Source of the DNA: a virus
Lineage: Duplodnaviria; Caudoviricetes
Length of the DNA: 37,984 nucleotides
IMG/VR virus record: IMGVR_UViG_3300044618_001120
Location: 1-37,984 of that record
Reading direction: 5' to 3' (one strand)
This document shows positions 1-8,343 of the stretch, piece after piece. A program made the position numbers and the translations under genes. The notes beneath the pieces were generated by a model, which made no database searches, was not told the DNA's origin, and saw only the letters and a program-made list of their open reading frames with translations. Position 1 is the first letter of the stretch, and the number at the start of each line of letters is the position of its first letter.

Positions 1-64
1 GTTATACCAAGGCGCGCCGTATGGAAATATTAAATAGTTTGCATGATTATGTGGAGCAAATGCC

Positions 65-178
65 ATGAGTAAATTAAGAGAGGTTGCAACCGCGTTAATG
101 TGGAGCGCCATAATAGTAACGTTTGCATTGATAGTAATGGACGTTGTGGTAACAATGCTCAGAGGTTTTCATGCTTAA
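65..178 (+). CDS. Small single-pass membrane protein (37 aa, MSKLREVATALMWSAIIVTFALIVMDVVVTMLRGFHA)
   Basis: Translated by hand. TGGAGCA lies upstream, the ORF overlaps both flanking genes, and it stays open with conservative changes in the second copy. Confidence 0.65.
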   Translation: MSKLREVATALMWSAIIVTFALIVMDVVVTMLRGFHA

Positions 179-803
179 AATATCCGCAACCCAATTGGAG
201 GCGTTTAGACGCTATCAGAGCGGTAAAATATCGTGGACCATGTTAGAGGACACAATACTAAAAAAAAGCCCCCCAAGCCCGTTAATGGCCCTTGGAACGC
301 TATTCCATGAGTTATTACAGGCCGACACGGTTACGCCCGACGATTGCGCCCCGTATTTTGATTATGAGGATATAACAGAGGCCCGCAAAAAAGTAAATTA
401 CAGTTGCAAGGCGTTTGAATTTAAGTTACGGGCGGTTGTCCAAACCCATTACGGAATGGAGGTTGCAATAACAGGCGTGGCGGACCAAATATTACCCGGC
501 CAAGTTGTCGAATTTAAAACCCGTTATTCACCGTTTCAATATGAGAGTTATGCAGACTCTATGCAATGGCGATTATATTGCATGTTATTCGACGTTCCAT
601 GCGTTAATTACAAGGTTTGGGAATTGAAACGGGACGAAGACACCAACGCATGTAAGGTAAAATCATATAACGATTTTGTGTTATACACATACGCCAATAT
701 GGAACGTGAGTTAATGCAGAGCGTCACGGAATTTACCCAATTATTAGAGCGGTTTGGGCTGAGTTCGCACCCGTTATTGCAAATAGATATGCAAACTACC
801 TAA
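171..803 (+). CDS. PD-(D/E)XK (RecB/Cas4-like) exonuclease
   Basis: ISATQL N-terminal motif, GTLFHELL, ITGVADQI..VVEFKT and QWRLY motifs. Lies just downstream of the Sak4-like ATPase on the circle. Confidence 0.75.
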   Translation: MLKISATQLEAFRRYQSGKISWTMLEDTILKKSPPSPLMALGTLFHELLQADTVTPDDCAPYFDYEDITEARKKVNYSCKAFEFKLRAVVQTHYGMEVAITGVADQILPGQVVEFKTRYSPFQYESYADSMQWRLYCMLFDVPCVNYKVWELKRDEDTNACKVKSYNDFVLYTYANMERELMQSVTEFTQLLERFGLSSHPLLQIDMQTT

Positions 804-825
804 CTACATTTATTGTCAACAAGTT

Positions 826-945
826 ATGAGACACTACATAAACAGCGTACGCAATACGGATTATCACAAACAAGCAATGCGCACAGAGCGCGCAATACTA
901 TTTATTTTCAACAAGTTATGGAGACTAGTAAAATGGGATTTTTGA
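826..945 (+). CDS. Possible small protein (39 aa, MRHYINSVRNTDY...)
   Basis: The ATG ORF is open in both alleles, with synonymous changes CAC/CAT and CTA/TTA, and overlaps the next start. Confidence 0.4.
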   Translation: MRHYINSVRNTDYHKQAMRTERAILFIFNKLWRLVKWDF

Positions 946-1334
946 AATTTATTCGCGGGTTATTTACCAAACCCACACAAAAACGCGTTAAAGCGTTAAA
1001 AACAAAGGAAACTATAAAATATATTGGCATTTGGGAACGCCCGCCGGTTGGCCGTTTGTCCTATCATGACTCGGAGCGCATAGTAAATGAAATGTCTAAA
1101 TACATGAATAATAAAGAGGTTGCAAAGAAATTGAATAAAATGGGATATATGACACCCCGAGGTAGAAAATGGAATGAGTCAAGCGTATTTTATTGGAGTC
1201 TATTAGAAGACAACAGACAAAAGAGGCGCGAACGTTGTAAAAAATACGATTACGAACAAAGACACAAAAACAGCAATAACCCAAGTTTAGGCCAACGAAT
1301 GAATTACGCACAACAACAAAATGGCGTAAATTGA
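933..1334 (+). CDS. DNA-binding protein with a recombinase-type (serine-recombinase C-terminal) HTH, no catalytic domain
   Basis: VAKKLNKMGYMTPRGRKWNESSV matches A..LN..G..T.rG..W....V. ATG 933 is conserved in both alleles. Confidence 0.6.
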   Translation: MGFLKFIRGLFTKPTQKRVKALKTKETIKYIGIWERPPVGRLSYHDSERIVNEMSKYMNNKEVAKKLNKMGYMTPRGRKWNESSVFYWSLLEDNRQKRRERCKKYDYEQRHKNSNNPSLGQRMNYAQQQNGVN

Positions 1335-1454
1335 TTTTAAGAGACGAAACGGGTGCGGGGCATATATTTACACGGCTCTGCGCCCTTTCGTTTAACCACG
1401 GCCACGCAAACGGCCAAAAACATTATTTTAACGCATAGCAAAGGACGTAAAACA

Positions 1455-2087
1455 ATGGATACAGAATACTATACACCGGATTTAACAGAAATTTCGATGC
1501 AATTGGCTGAGTTAAAACGTACCGTTACGGAATTGCGGGGGCTCATAGTTTCCGCGTTTGTAAATGAGGGCTCAGAATGGAAAACTTTTTTAGACGGTGA
1601 AAAAAAAATTTTAGGTTTACATGGGTTTGCGGGGGGGATTATAGGGGGGGATAAGATAGGGGGTATAAGGGGGAAAGAAAAGGGGGGGAATAAAGGGGGG
1701 GGAAAGGGGGAAAGTGAACCGCCAAAAAACCCCCAAAATTGTGAAAGGATTTTGAACGCTCAGGACGTGGAATATTTGGCGTTAAAATGTACGGCGGTGA
1801 TAGCTCGTTATTTGAACCCAATGGAATTGGAGCGCATGAATAGTTCAAATGCCTTGAAACAGAGCGCGGGCGTTATGGCTAAATTATTGCAAGCGGGTTA
1901 TACTAACGAGCATATTTTGCAAGCAGTTACGGACGCCGCAAACGACCCGTTTTGGCGTAAACAGTTCCGTAGTTTGCTCAAATTAACGCGTAAAAACAAA
2001 GACGGCGTCATGTACGTGGACGTATTTCTAGCATTAAACCAAAATAACCACAAATTACCACAGCAAAGAAAAAAAATAATAGTGTAA
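1455..2087 (+). CDS. Putative replication initiator/replisome organiser with a G/K-rich linker
   Basis: Located upstream of the primase-helicase, has an internal purine-rich low-complexity linker and a C-terminal helical domain (DPFWRKQFRSLLKL). ATG 1455 preferred over the GTG at 1353. Confidence 0.5.
   Translation: MDTEYYTPDLTEISMQLAELKRTVTELRGLIVSAFVNEGSEWKTFLDGEKKILGLHGFAGGIIGGDKIGGIRGKEKGGNKGGGKGESEPPKNPQNCERILNAQDVEYLALKCTAVIARYLNPMELERMNSSNALKQSAGVMAKLLQAGYTNEHILQAVTDAANDPFWRKQFRSLLKLTRKNKDGVMYVDVFLALNQNNHKLPQQRKKIIV
1631..1710 (+). repeat. G-run tract (seven runs of 5-8 G), G-quadruplex-prone, candidate origin region
   Basis: G7, G7, G5, G5, G7, G8, G5 separated by 3-8 nt A-rich loops. 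Confidence 0.8.
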
Positions 2088-2091
2088 ATAT

Positions 2092-2742
2092 ATGAGTTAT
2101 CAAGTAATTACAACGGATATGGCGCAGGCCTCCGTATATGGAACGCGCGTTAAACCGCCCAAAAAGACAACAAGCGAATTACTCAGAGAGGAAAAGGCCC
2201 GTTTATTTGGTTCACCCGTTGCGGACCTCAAAAAGCGCGGACCAAAGCCACGGGAAAACGTTAAATATGAATTGAAACGCGGAACGCTCCGTAATTACGG
2301 GCGTAAATGCCAAGCACAGGAATACAAATTACCCGATTATGGGCGGGCATGGCGTTGGAAAAAATTCATATTAAACACGCCCGAGCATAACGACGCAATA
2401 GACTTAATTGTCAATGAGTTAACGCATGAATTTGCAAACGCATTTGAGTTGGAACCCGAGCAATTACGGAGCGCTAACAAAGATTACCACATAACACGCG
2501 TGCGCAATTGTTTACATGGGTTTTTATATGCCCATTTTGATATTAACGGTGACGATTTGGTACGTAATTTTCCCTATGCTGATAAACAGCAATTTAGGGA
2601 GCGTTACCGCCAATTAAAATATTTATTGCAATGGGTATATTTTGCCCGGCCAATTTCCAAAATTTACAAAAAGCATAAAGAGATATTGCATTATGAGTAC
2701 AGGAACGGAAAACAAATTATACGCCATAGGCAGTTTGGCTGA
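2092..2742 (+). CDS. Hypothetical protein with a DnaA domain IV-like C-terminus
   Basis: FELEPEQLRSANKDYHITRVRNCLHGFL resembles the Bac_DnaA_C pattern. Confidence 0.5.
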   Translation: MSYQVITTDMAQASVYGTRVKPPKKTTSELLREEKARLFGSPVADLKKRGPKPRENVKYELKRGTLRNYGRKCQAQEYKLPDYGRAWRWKKFILNTPEHNDAIDLIVNELTHEFANAFELEPEQLRSANKDYHITRVRNCLHGFLYAHFDINGDDLVRNFPYADKQQFRERYRQLKYLLQWVYFARPISKIYKKHKEILHYEYRNGKQIIRHRQFG

Positions 2743-3211
2743 AATGGCGGCGGACGTGGACGGCGTACATGGTTACGTAGTTACCCCCGACCGCTCGGTA
2801 AAATGGTCCGAACAAATACGCCGCGAGCGGTTGCAATTATTTGGCCGTGGAAAATATGTGGAAAATGAGGATGCAAACCCGTTTGTTTTGAACATGCCCC
2901 AAAATTCAATGCGCAATATATCGGCCTATGTGGACGCGCTCAGGTTGTTTGTAGAGGATAAAGAGAATAAAACCATACAAACATTATACGGGCGCAAATT
3001 AAACCCCAAGGGGCACCACGCCCGTGCGTTTTTAATAATATTGCGTCATGGGTTTGGGTTGCAAAAATTACATATTTGCAAAACGTATGAAATTAAACAC
3101 AAACATTACGTTTATATTATGCACATGTATAAACAGCATTTGACTCAGGACCCCGCGTTTATGGATGCAATAACGGAATGTTTGGAGCATTTGGAGCAAT
3201 GTAAACTATGA
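2693..3211 (+). CDS. Hypothetical protein with a DnaA domain IV-like C-terminus, paralog of the upstream gene
   Basis: HARAFLIILRHGFGLQKLHICKTY...HLTQDPAFMDAITECLEHL. Shares SExxRxExxxLFG with the upstream ORF. Confidence 0.5.
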   Translation: MSTGTENKLYAIGSLAEMAADVDGVHGYVVTPDRSVKWSEQIRRERLQLFGRGKYVENEDANPFVLNMPQNSMRNISAYVDALRLFVEDKENKTIQTLYGRKLNPKGHHARAFLIILRHGFGLQKLHICKTYEIKHKHYVYIMHMYKQHLTQDPAFMDAITECLEHLEQCKL

Positions 3212-4908
3212 ATTTCAGAGACTACAATATAACGGGTTTGGATATTGAGGGCCCCGACGAACAACGGACGTTATGCCCCCAATGTTCCCACGAACGGCGC
3301 AAAAAAACTGAGAAATGCCTAGCCGTTAATATTAGTGAAAAAACGTGGTTTTGTCACCATTGCGCGTGGGGCGGTTCCCTTGGTTCCGCTCAGTACAAAG
3401 GGGGCACGAACAAACAAACGTTAACACATATTGAACGCCCGCAAAATAACTTAAATGCTGAGTGGGTCCAATGGTTTCAAAGCCGTGGAATTTCACGTGA
3501 TATATTGGAGCGTAACCGCGTTGGTATGGAATTACGCAAGGGCATTGAATATGTTAGTTTTAATTACTTTGTTGGCGAATTGTGCGTAAATGCCAAAATG
3601 CGTACAATGGACAAACAGTTTACCCAAACGCCCGGCGGTTTCCGTACATTGTATAAATTGAATGATTTACAAGGGGCCACATATTGCATTATATGTGAGG
3701 GGGAAATTGACGCGTTATCATTTGAGGCCGCGGGCGTGTTAAACGCCGTGAGCGTGCCCGACGGAGCCATAAACCCCGACGCTCTCAGAGTGGACGGCAA
3801 AATGGCATTTTTGGAAAATTGCGTGGACGCCTTGGACGTTATGGAAACTATATTTCTTGCATGTGATGCGGACGGGCCGGGGCTCAGGTTAACCGACGAG
3901 TTGGCGCGCCGTTTGGGCCGTGAGCGTTGTAAGGTTGTCAAATACCCCGAGGGTTGCAAAGATGCAAACGACGTGTTAGTAAAACACGGTGCGCAAACAT
4001 TGTTTAATTGCATTGCAACGGCCGAGCCGTTCCCATTGGACGGGGTTGTGAATATATCGGACGCCATAACCAAATTAGAGGAAATTAAGATAACAGGATT
4101 TCCCGACGGAGCCGTAACACACACGTTTTTGCAATTTGACGACATTTTTAAATTTTTCCCCGGTCAATTAACAATTGTAACGGGTATTCCGTCGCATGGT
4201 AAAAGCGGGTTTATAGATAACGTATTAGTAACATTGGCCCGTAATCATTCATGGAAACACGCCGTTTTTTCACCTGAAAACCCGCAATATGAAATGTGGG
4301 TAATTAGGTTGTTAGAAATAGCAAAACAAAAACCGTTTTTTGGAAATGAGGGTATTACGTTAGATGAAATACGGCCCGCCGTCACCGCATTGGCTCAGTA
4401 TTTCTATTTGATACAGCCGAGCGAACAATACACGTTGGAGGTTGTCATGGCGACCGCAAAACAGTTGTTACGTAGATTTGGTATAAACACGCTTGTTATT
4501 GACCCGTGGAATAATTTAGAGGTTCAATTGCAAAGAGGTGAAACCGAGGTAAGTTACACGGCCCGCGTTTTGGTTAAATTACGCATGTTTGCGCGCCAAA
4601 CGGGAATACATGTAATATTGATTGCGCACCCCCGAAAAATGGCAAAGGATATGAATGGGTTTTATGAGGTTCCAACGGCGTACGACATAAGCGGGTCGGC
4701 TCATTTTTACAATGTGGCTGATAATATACTAAGTGTTTACCGTGAAATGCCTCGCGACGGCGTGGACCCGAGGGAATTAAAAAGCTCCGTATATGTGCAA
4801 AAAGTTAAAACTAAATATACGGGCGCCATTGGTTCCGTAGATTTCACATTTGACAAAAATACGCAAACATACCACGAATATTACGGAGCCGAGCCGTATG
4901 GATTTTAA
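3208..4908 (+). CDS. Primase-helicase (Twinkle/T7 gp4-like)
   Basis: CPQC..CHHC zinc finger, TOPRIM motifs (CEGEIDALS, CDADGPG, KDAND), SF4 helicase motifs (GIPSHGKS, LVIDPWN, IAHPRK). Confidence 0.93.
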   Translation: MNFRDYNITGLDIEGPDEQRTLCPQCSHERRKKTEKCLAVNISEKTWFCHHCAWGGSLGSAQYKGGTNKQTLTHIERPQNNLNAEWVQWFQSRGISRDILERNRVGMELRKGIEYVSFNYFVGELCVNAKMRTMDKQFTQTPGGFRTLYKLNDLQGATYCIICEGEIDALSFEAAGVLNAVSVPDGAINPDALRVDGKMAFLENCVDALDVMETIFLACDADGPGLRLTDELARRLGRERCKVVKYPEGCKDANDVLVKHGAQTLFNCIATAEPFPLDGVVNISDAITKLEEIKITGFPDGAVTHTFLQFDDIFKFFPGQLTIVTGIPSHGKSGFIDNVLVTLARNHSWKHAVFSPENPQYEMWVIRLLEIAKQKPFFGNEGITLDEIRPAVTALAQYFYLIQPSEQYTLEVVMATAKQLLRRFGINTLVIDPWNNLEVQLQRGETEVSYTARVLVKLRMFARQTGIHVILIAHPRKMAKDMNGFYEVPTAYDISGSAHFYNVADNILSVYREMPRDGVDPRELKSSVYVQKVKTKYTGAIGSVDFTFDKNTQTYHEYYGAEPYGF

Positions 4909-5269
4909 CAACACATTTGAATACGATTTGAATATCGGCCAACAATATGAGCGCAAATTTGCGGGCATGTTAGAGGGCAAAATAGAAATAAAAACGGACC
5001 GTATTGCACATAATACGGGTAATATGTTTATTGAATACGAGAGCCGTGGTAAACCGTCGGGAATAAGCACGACACATGCGGATTATTGGGCGTATTGCGT
5101 ACCGTTGGCGCCAATTAAAAACATATTTGTTATATTGCCTGTTACTGAGTTAAAACGGTTGGCCCGTGAATATTACGAGGCGGGTAAAATCCGGGATTGT
5201 GGCGACGGTAATACGTCGCGTTGTGTTGTTATTCCAATTACTGAGTTATTTGTATATGCAAAAAGATAG
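4898..5269 (+). CDS. Restriction-endonuclease-like PD-(D/E)XK phage protein
   Basis: IEIKTD...TGNMFIEYESRGKPSGISTTHADYW is a common phage motif. Confidence 0.65.
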   Translation: MDFNNTFEYDLNIGQQYERKFAGMLEGKIEIKTDRIAHNTGNMFIEYESRGKPSGISTTHADYWAYCVPLAPIKNIFVILPVTELKRLAREYYEAGKIRDCGDGNTSRCVVIPITELFVYAKR

Positions 5270-5411
5270 ATTAACAGAGGCCGTGCATATTTTGCGCCAT
5301 TTTAGTGAGTGGCCGTTAGAGGCTGAAATACCAACGATACGCCCCGATGACGAATTAATGGCGCTCGCTATCGTGTTACAATATTTTGAGCAAAACCATG
5401 GCGAAAAATAA
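5256..5411 (+). CDS. Small hypothetical protein
   Basis: ATG ORF overlapping both neighbours and filling the gap. Confidence 0.5.
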   Translation: MQKDRLTEAVHILRHFSEWPLEAEIPTIRPDDELMALAIVLQYFEQNHGEK

Positions 5412-5733
5412 CAACGCATTAAACGACGCGGTTTTCCGTGCCATGTGCAAAGAGTACGGAATATCCATTGTAAGTGAGTTTCATTTTGCGATAAATTACG
5501 GCCGTAAATGGCGTTTTGATTATGCCATATTGGACCATAAAATAGCAATAGAAATAGAGGGTGGCGTATGGATTGGCGGACGCCACACACGCGGCTCAGG
5601 ATTTGTAAAAGATATGGAAAAATACAACCAAGCCGCCGTTATCGGTTGGCGCGTGCTCAGGTTCACGCCACAGGAAATCCACAAAACGGAAACATACGAT
5701 TTAATAAAACAATGTTTGGAGCAAAGAACATGA
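5398..5733 (+). CDS. DUF559/Vsr-like endonuclease
   Basis: RKWRFDYA, IAIEIEGGVW, GRHTRGSGF, DMEKYN and GWRVLRFT motifs. Confidence 0.8.
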   Translation: MAKNNNALNDAVFRAMCKEYGISIVSEFHFAINYGRKWRFDYAILDHKIAIEIEGGVWIGGRHTRGSGFVKDMEKYNQAAVIGWRVLRFTPQEIHKTETYDLIKQCLEQRT

Positions 5734-7001
5734 GCCCGTATAAATTGGAGTGCGGTAATAGCAAGGATTTACTAAAAACATTGGCGGACAATAGCATAGA
5801 CGCCATTGTAACGGACCCGCCGTACGAGCTTGGATTTATGGGCAAAAAGTGGGACGCGTCGGGCATTGCGTACGACGTCGATTTGTGGCGTGAATGTTTG
5901 CGCGTGTTGAAACCCGGCGGGCATTTGTTAGCGTTTTCAGGTTCACGAACATACCACCGCATGACCGTTGCAATTGAAGACGCGGGGTTTGATATACGCG
6001 ACCAAATTATGTGGTTATACGGCTCAGGTTTTCCCAAATCTCATGATGTGAGCAAAGCAATAGACAAAATTGCAGGCGCGGAACGCGAGGTGATTGGCAT
6101 AAGTCCAAGGCATGGCGGGGTTATAGTCGGAAACGGAACAAGCTATGAAGTAAAACCTGTAATACCTAACATCACCGCCCCCGCAACCGACGGCGCAAAA
6201 GAATGGAACGGTTGGGGCACGGCATTAAAGCCCGCACATGAGCCGATATGTGTAGCCCGTAAGCCATTGATTGGAACGGTAGCGGAAAATGTATTGACAC
6301 ATGGCACGGGGGCAATAAATGTGGACGGGTGCAGGGTGGGAAATGATATTATAACGCAACGATTAGCAACCGTAGAAAATGGAAAAGCGCACGGCGCAAA
6401 AGCGGATGGATTAAAACAAAAGGCAACAGGGCAAATTACGCAAACCGTCGGCCGTTGGCCTGCTAACATAATCCACGATGGAAGCGCGGAGGTATTGGCG
6501 GGATTTCCGCAAACAGGCCCAAGCAGTTCAAAACCGACGGTAAATTTTGTGAGCGGCTCAGTATTGCGCAAACGGAGCGGGGGTTACGACGAGCCCGCAG
6601 GTTCCGCCGCCCGTTTTTTCTATTGTGCAAAAGCAAGCAAGAAAGATAGAGACGAGGGGTTAGACGGATTTGAGGAAAGGGAACGGCCAACAATGGGAAG
6701 TGGAATTGGCGGGCAACCAAACCAAAAATTACAAAACAACCGCAACCACCACCCCACAGTAAAACCAACGGAATTAATGCGTTATCTTTGCAGGTTGGTG
6801 ACCCCGCCAAATGGCGTAATATTGGACCCGTTTTTGGGCTCAGGTTCAACGGGCAAAGCCGCAATATATGAGGGGTTCCAATTTGTGGGTTTTGATTTGA
6901 GCGCGGAATATGTAGAAATTTCACGCGCCCGCATTGAATACGCTATGCAAAAAAGAAACGAAATAAGCAAACAAAAAGAAAATACATTTTTTGAGGATTA
7001 A
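5730..7001 (+). CDS. N6A/N4C DNA methyltransferase (beta class)
   Basis: TDPPY catalytic motif, RVLKPGG, HPTVKP and DPFLGSGST SAM motif. ATG 5730 overlaps the upstream stop. Confidence 0.93.
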   Translation: MSPYKLECGNSKDLLKTLADNSIDAIVTDPPYELGFMGKKWDASGIAYDVDLWRECLRVLKPGGHLLAFSGSRTYHRMTVAIEDAGFDIRDQIMWLYGSGFPKSHDVSKAIDKIAGAEREVIGISPRHGGVIVGNGTSYEVKPVIPNITAPATDGAKEWNGWGTALKPAHEPICVARKPLIGTVAENVLTHGTGAINVDGCRVGNDIITQRLATVENGKAHGAKADGLKQKATGQITQTVGRWPANIIHDGSAEVLAGFPQTGPSSSKPTVNFVSGSVLRKRSGGYDEPAGSAARFFYCAKASKKDRDEGLDGFEERERPTMGSGIGGQPNQKLQNNRNHHPTVKPTELMRYLCRLVTPPNGVILDPFLGSGSTGKAAIYEGFQFVGFDLSAEYVEISRARIEYAMQKRNEISKQKENTFFED

Positions 7002-7004
7002 ACC

Positions 7005-7559
7005 ATGAGCATATACAATGAGCAATTTTACGCGTACCAAATTAACGGCGCCACTGAGTCCGCTAAACAGGTTGTCCCGTTAATTGTCAAAATGTACGGG
7101 CCAAAATCAGTTATTGACGTTGGGGGCGGTGCGGGTGCGTGGTGCGCTCAGTTTGACGCCATGGATATTAACGCCGTATGTTTGGACGGTGATTACGTGC
7201 CCAAAAACATGCGGGTAAACAAGCATTTTTTAGAACATGACATATTGACTAAATTGCCAAATGACAAACGGTACGATTTGGCGTTATGTTTGGAGGTTGC
7301 CGAGCATTTGCCCGCGGAACGCGCGGAAACGTTCGTAAAAGAATTAACAGCATTGGCGGACGTTATTGTATTTTCCGCCGCCGTACCGGGCCAAGGTGGG
7401 ACAAACCACATAAATGAGCAACCCCATGAATATTGGCATAATTTATTTGCTGAGTGCGGATATAAAAAAGAGGACGTTTTGCGGTTAGGCGTGGCGGGTT
7501 TGGACCGCGTGGAATGGTGGTATAAACAAAACATTTTCACATATAAAAAGCAAAAATAA
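7005..7559 (+). CDS. Class I SAM-dependent methyltransferase (type often found in glycan loci)
   Basis: VIDVGGGAG, YDLALCLEVAEHL, FSAAVPGQGGTNHINEQ. Confidence 0.85.
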   Translation: MSIYNEQFYAYQINGATESAKQVVPLIVKMYGPKSVIDVGGGAGAWCAQFDAMDINAVCLDGDYVPKNMRVNKHFLEHDILTKLPNDKRYDLALCLEVAEHLPAERAETFVKELTALADVIVFSAAVPGQGGTNHINEQPHEYWHNLFAECGYKKEDVLRLGVAGLDRVEWWYKQNIFTYKKQK

Positions 7560-7566
7560 ATAACGG

Positions 7567-7647
7567 GGTTGGGTGGCGAAATGGCAAACGCAGTAAACTT
7601 AAAATTTACTAACTTATGTTTTGCGGGTTCGAGTCCCGCCCCAACTA
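7567..7647 (+). tRNA. trnL: tRNA-Leu (anticodon TAA), CCA not encoded
   Basis: Acceptor GGTTGGG/CCCAACT, D arm GCG-AAATGGCAAA-CGC, anticodon arm GTAAA-CTTAAAA-TTTAC, long variable arm, T arm GCGGG-TTCGAGT-CCCGC, discriminator A. Confidence 0.93.
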
Positions 7648-7727
7648 CAATGAATGATATAAAACGCAATAACTACAATTATTCCGTTTATTGCATGATT
7701 ATAAGAGCATATAAGAGCATAAAAAAG

Positions 7728-7751
7728 CATTTTGCTGACGTCGGCAAAATG
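7728..7751. repeat. 24-bp near-perfect palindrome CATTTTGCTGACGTCGGCAAAATG
   Basis: Inverted repeat with one mismatch, preceded by tandem ATAAGAGCAT copies (7701-7720). Confidence 0.75.
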
Positions 7752-7780
7752 ATAGAATAAACCATATTGGAGCAAAGGCA

Positions 7781-8104
7781 ATGTTAGTAAAAGTAAGTGG
7801 CGTTATTGAAGATTTGGGACAAACCCAACAAATTACGGACAAAATGCGTAAACGTGATATTGTCGTAAAAACAACGGGACAATACCCGGATTATATCAAA
7901 TGCGAGGCGGTAAACGACCGTATTGCGCCGACGGAGATTTTACGCGTTGGTGATTACGTAACAATTAACGCCGCAATTAGCGGACGCAAAGCCGTGAGCA
8001 AAACCACGGGCCAAACCCACTATTTTACAAGCGTAAAAATACTGAGTGTTGAAACCGAGCCAATTGCGGAAAATTCCATACGAAATTTAGAAGCGCCGTT
8101 TTAA
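7781..8104 (+). CDS. DUF3127-like OB-fold protein (putative SSB)
   Basis: KRDIVVKTTGQYPDYIKCE..ND, VGDYVTI...ISGR, YFTSV and an acidic APF tail. The family is typical of Bacteroidota. Confidence 0.7.
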   Translation: MLVKVSGVIEDLGQTQQITDKMRKRDIVVKTTGQYPDYIKCEAVNDRIAPTEILRVGDYVTINAAISGRKAVSKTTGQTHYFTSVKILSVETEPIAENSIRNLEAPF

Positions 8105-8343
8105 TGATTTACCGTTACACAGAGCCACAGTTAATGGCATGGCATGGCACGGGCGGGCATTTCACATGTAACATTGTGTATAATGGCGCCCCCGCCGTTT
8201 GTAATTTGACACAGGCGCAAAGCGCTTGGAAATTTGTAATTTACGACGCCATGGGCAAATATATTGTACAATATAAATTCCGTGACGTTTCGTTACATGA
8301 GGCGCAAACAAAAGCAGAATACATAGTTAATATGGAACCGTAA
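8104..8343 (+). CDS. Hypothetical protein
   Basis: TAATG coupling at both ends. Confidence 0.65.
   Translation: MIYRYTEPQLMAWHGTGGHFTCNIVYNGAPAVCNLTQAQSAWKFVIYDAMGKYIVQYKFRDVSLHEAQTKAEYIVNMEP

Larger units (their letters stand above)
1..1351 (+). repeat. Diverged direct repeat, copy 1 (pairs with 36661-37984)
   Basis: 1-127 is identical to 36661-36787. The rest is colinear with SNPs and a diverged block in the HTH gene. Confidence 0.95.

Noticed and set aside
171-925. Cas4 plus a mini CRISPR array
   Set aside because: There are only two imperfect repeats with a ~67-nt spacer that is probably coding, no cas genes, and no Cas4 four-Cys cluster pattern. The nuclease fits the Sak4 recombination module.
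933-1334. Diversity-generating retroelement or serine integrase
   Set aside because: There is no reverse transcriptase, the allele differences are not adenine-specific, and there is no catalytic resolvase domain.
7569-7760. 63-aa ORF from the track
   Set aside because: Its first half is the tRNA-Leu gene. At most a 36-aa ORF from 7650 remains, with no support.
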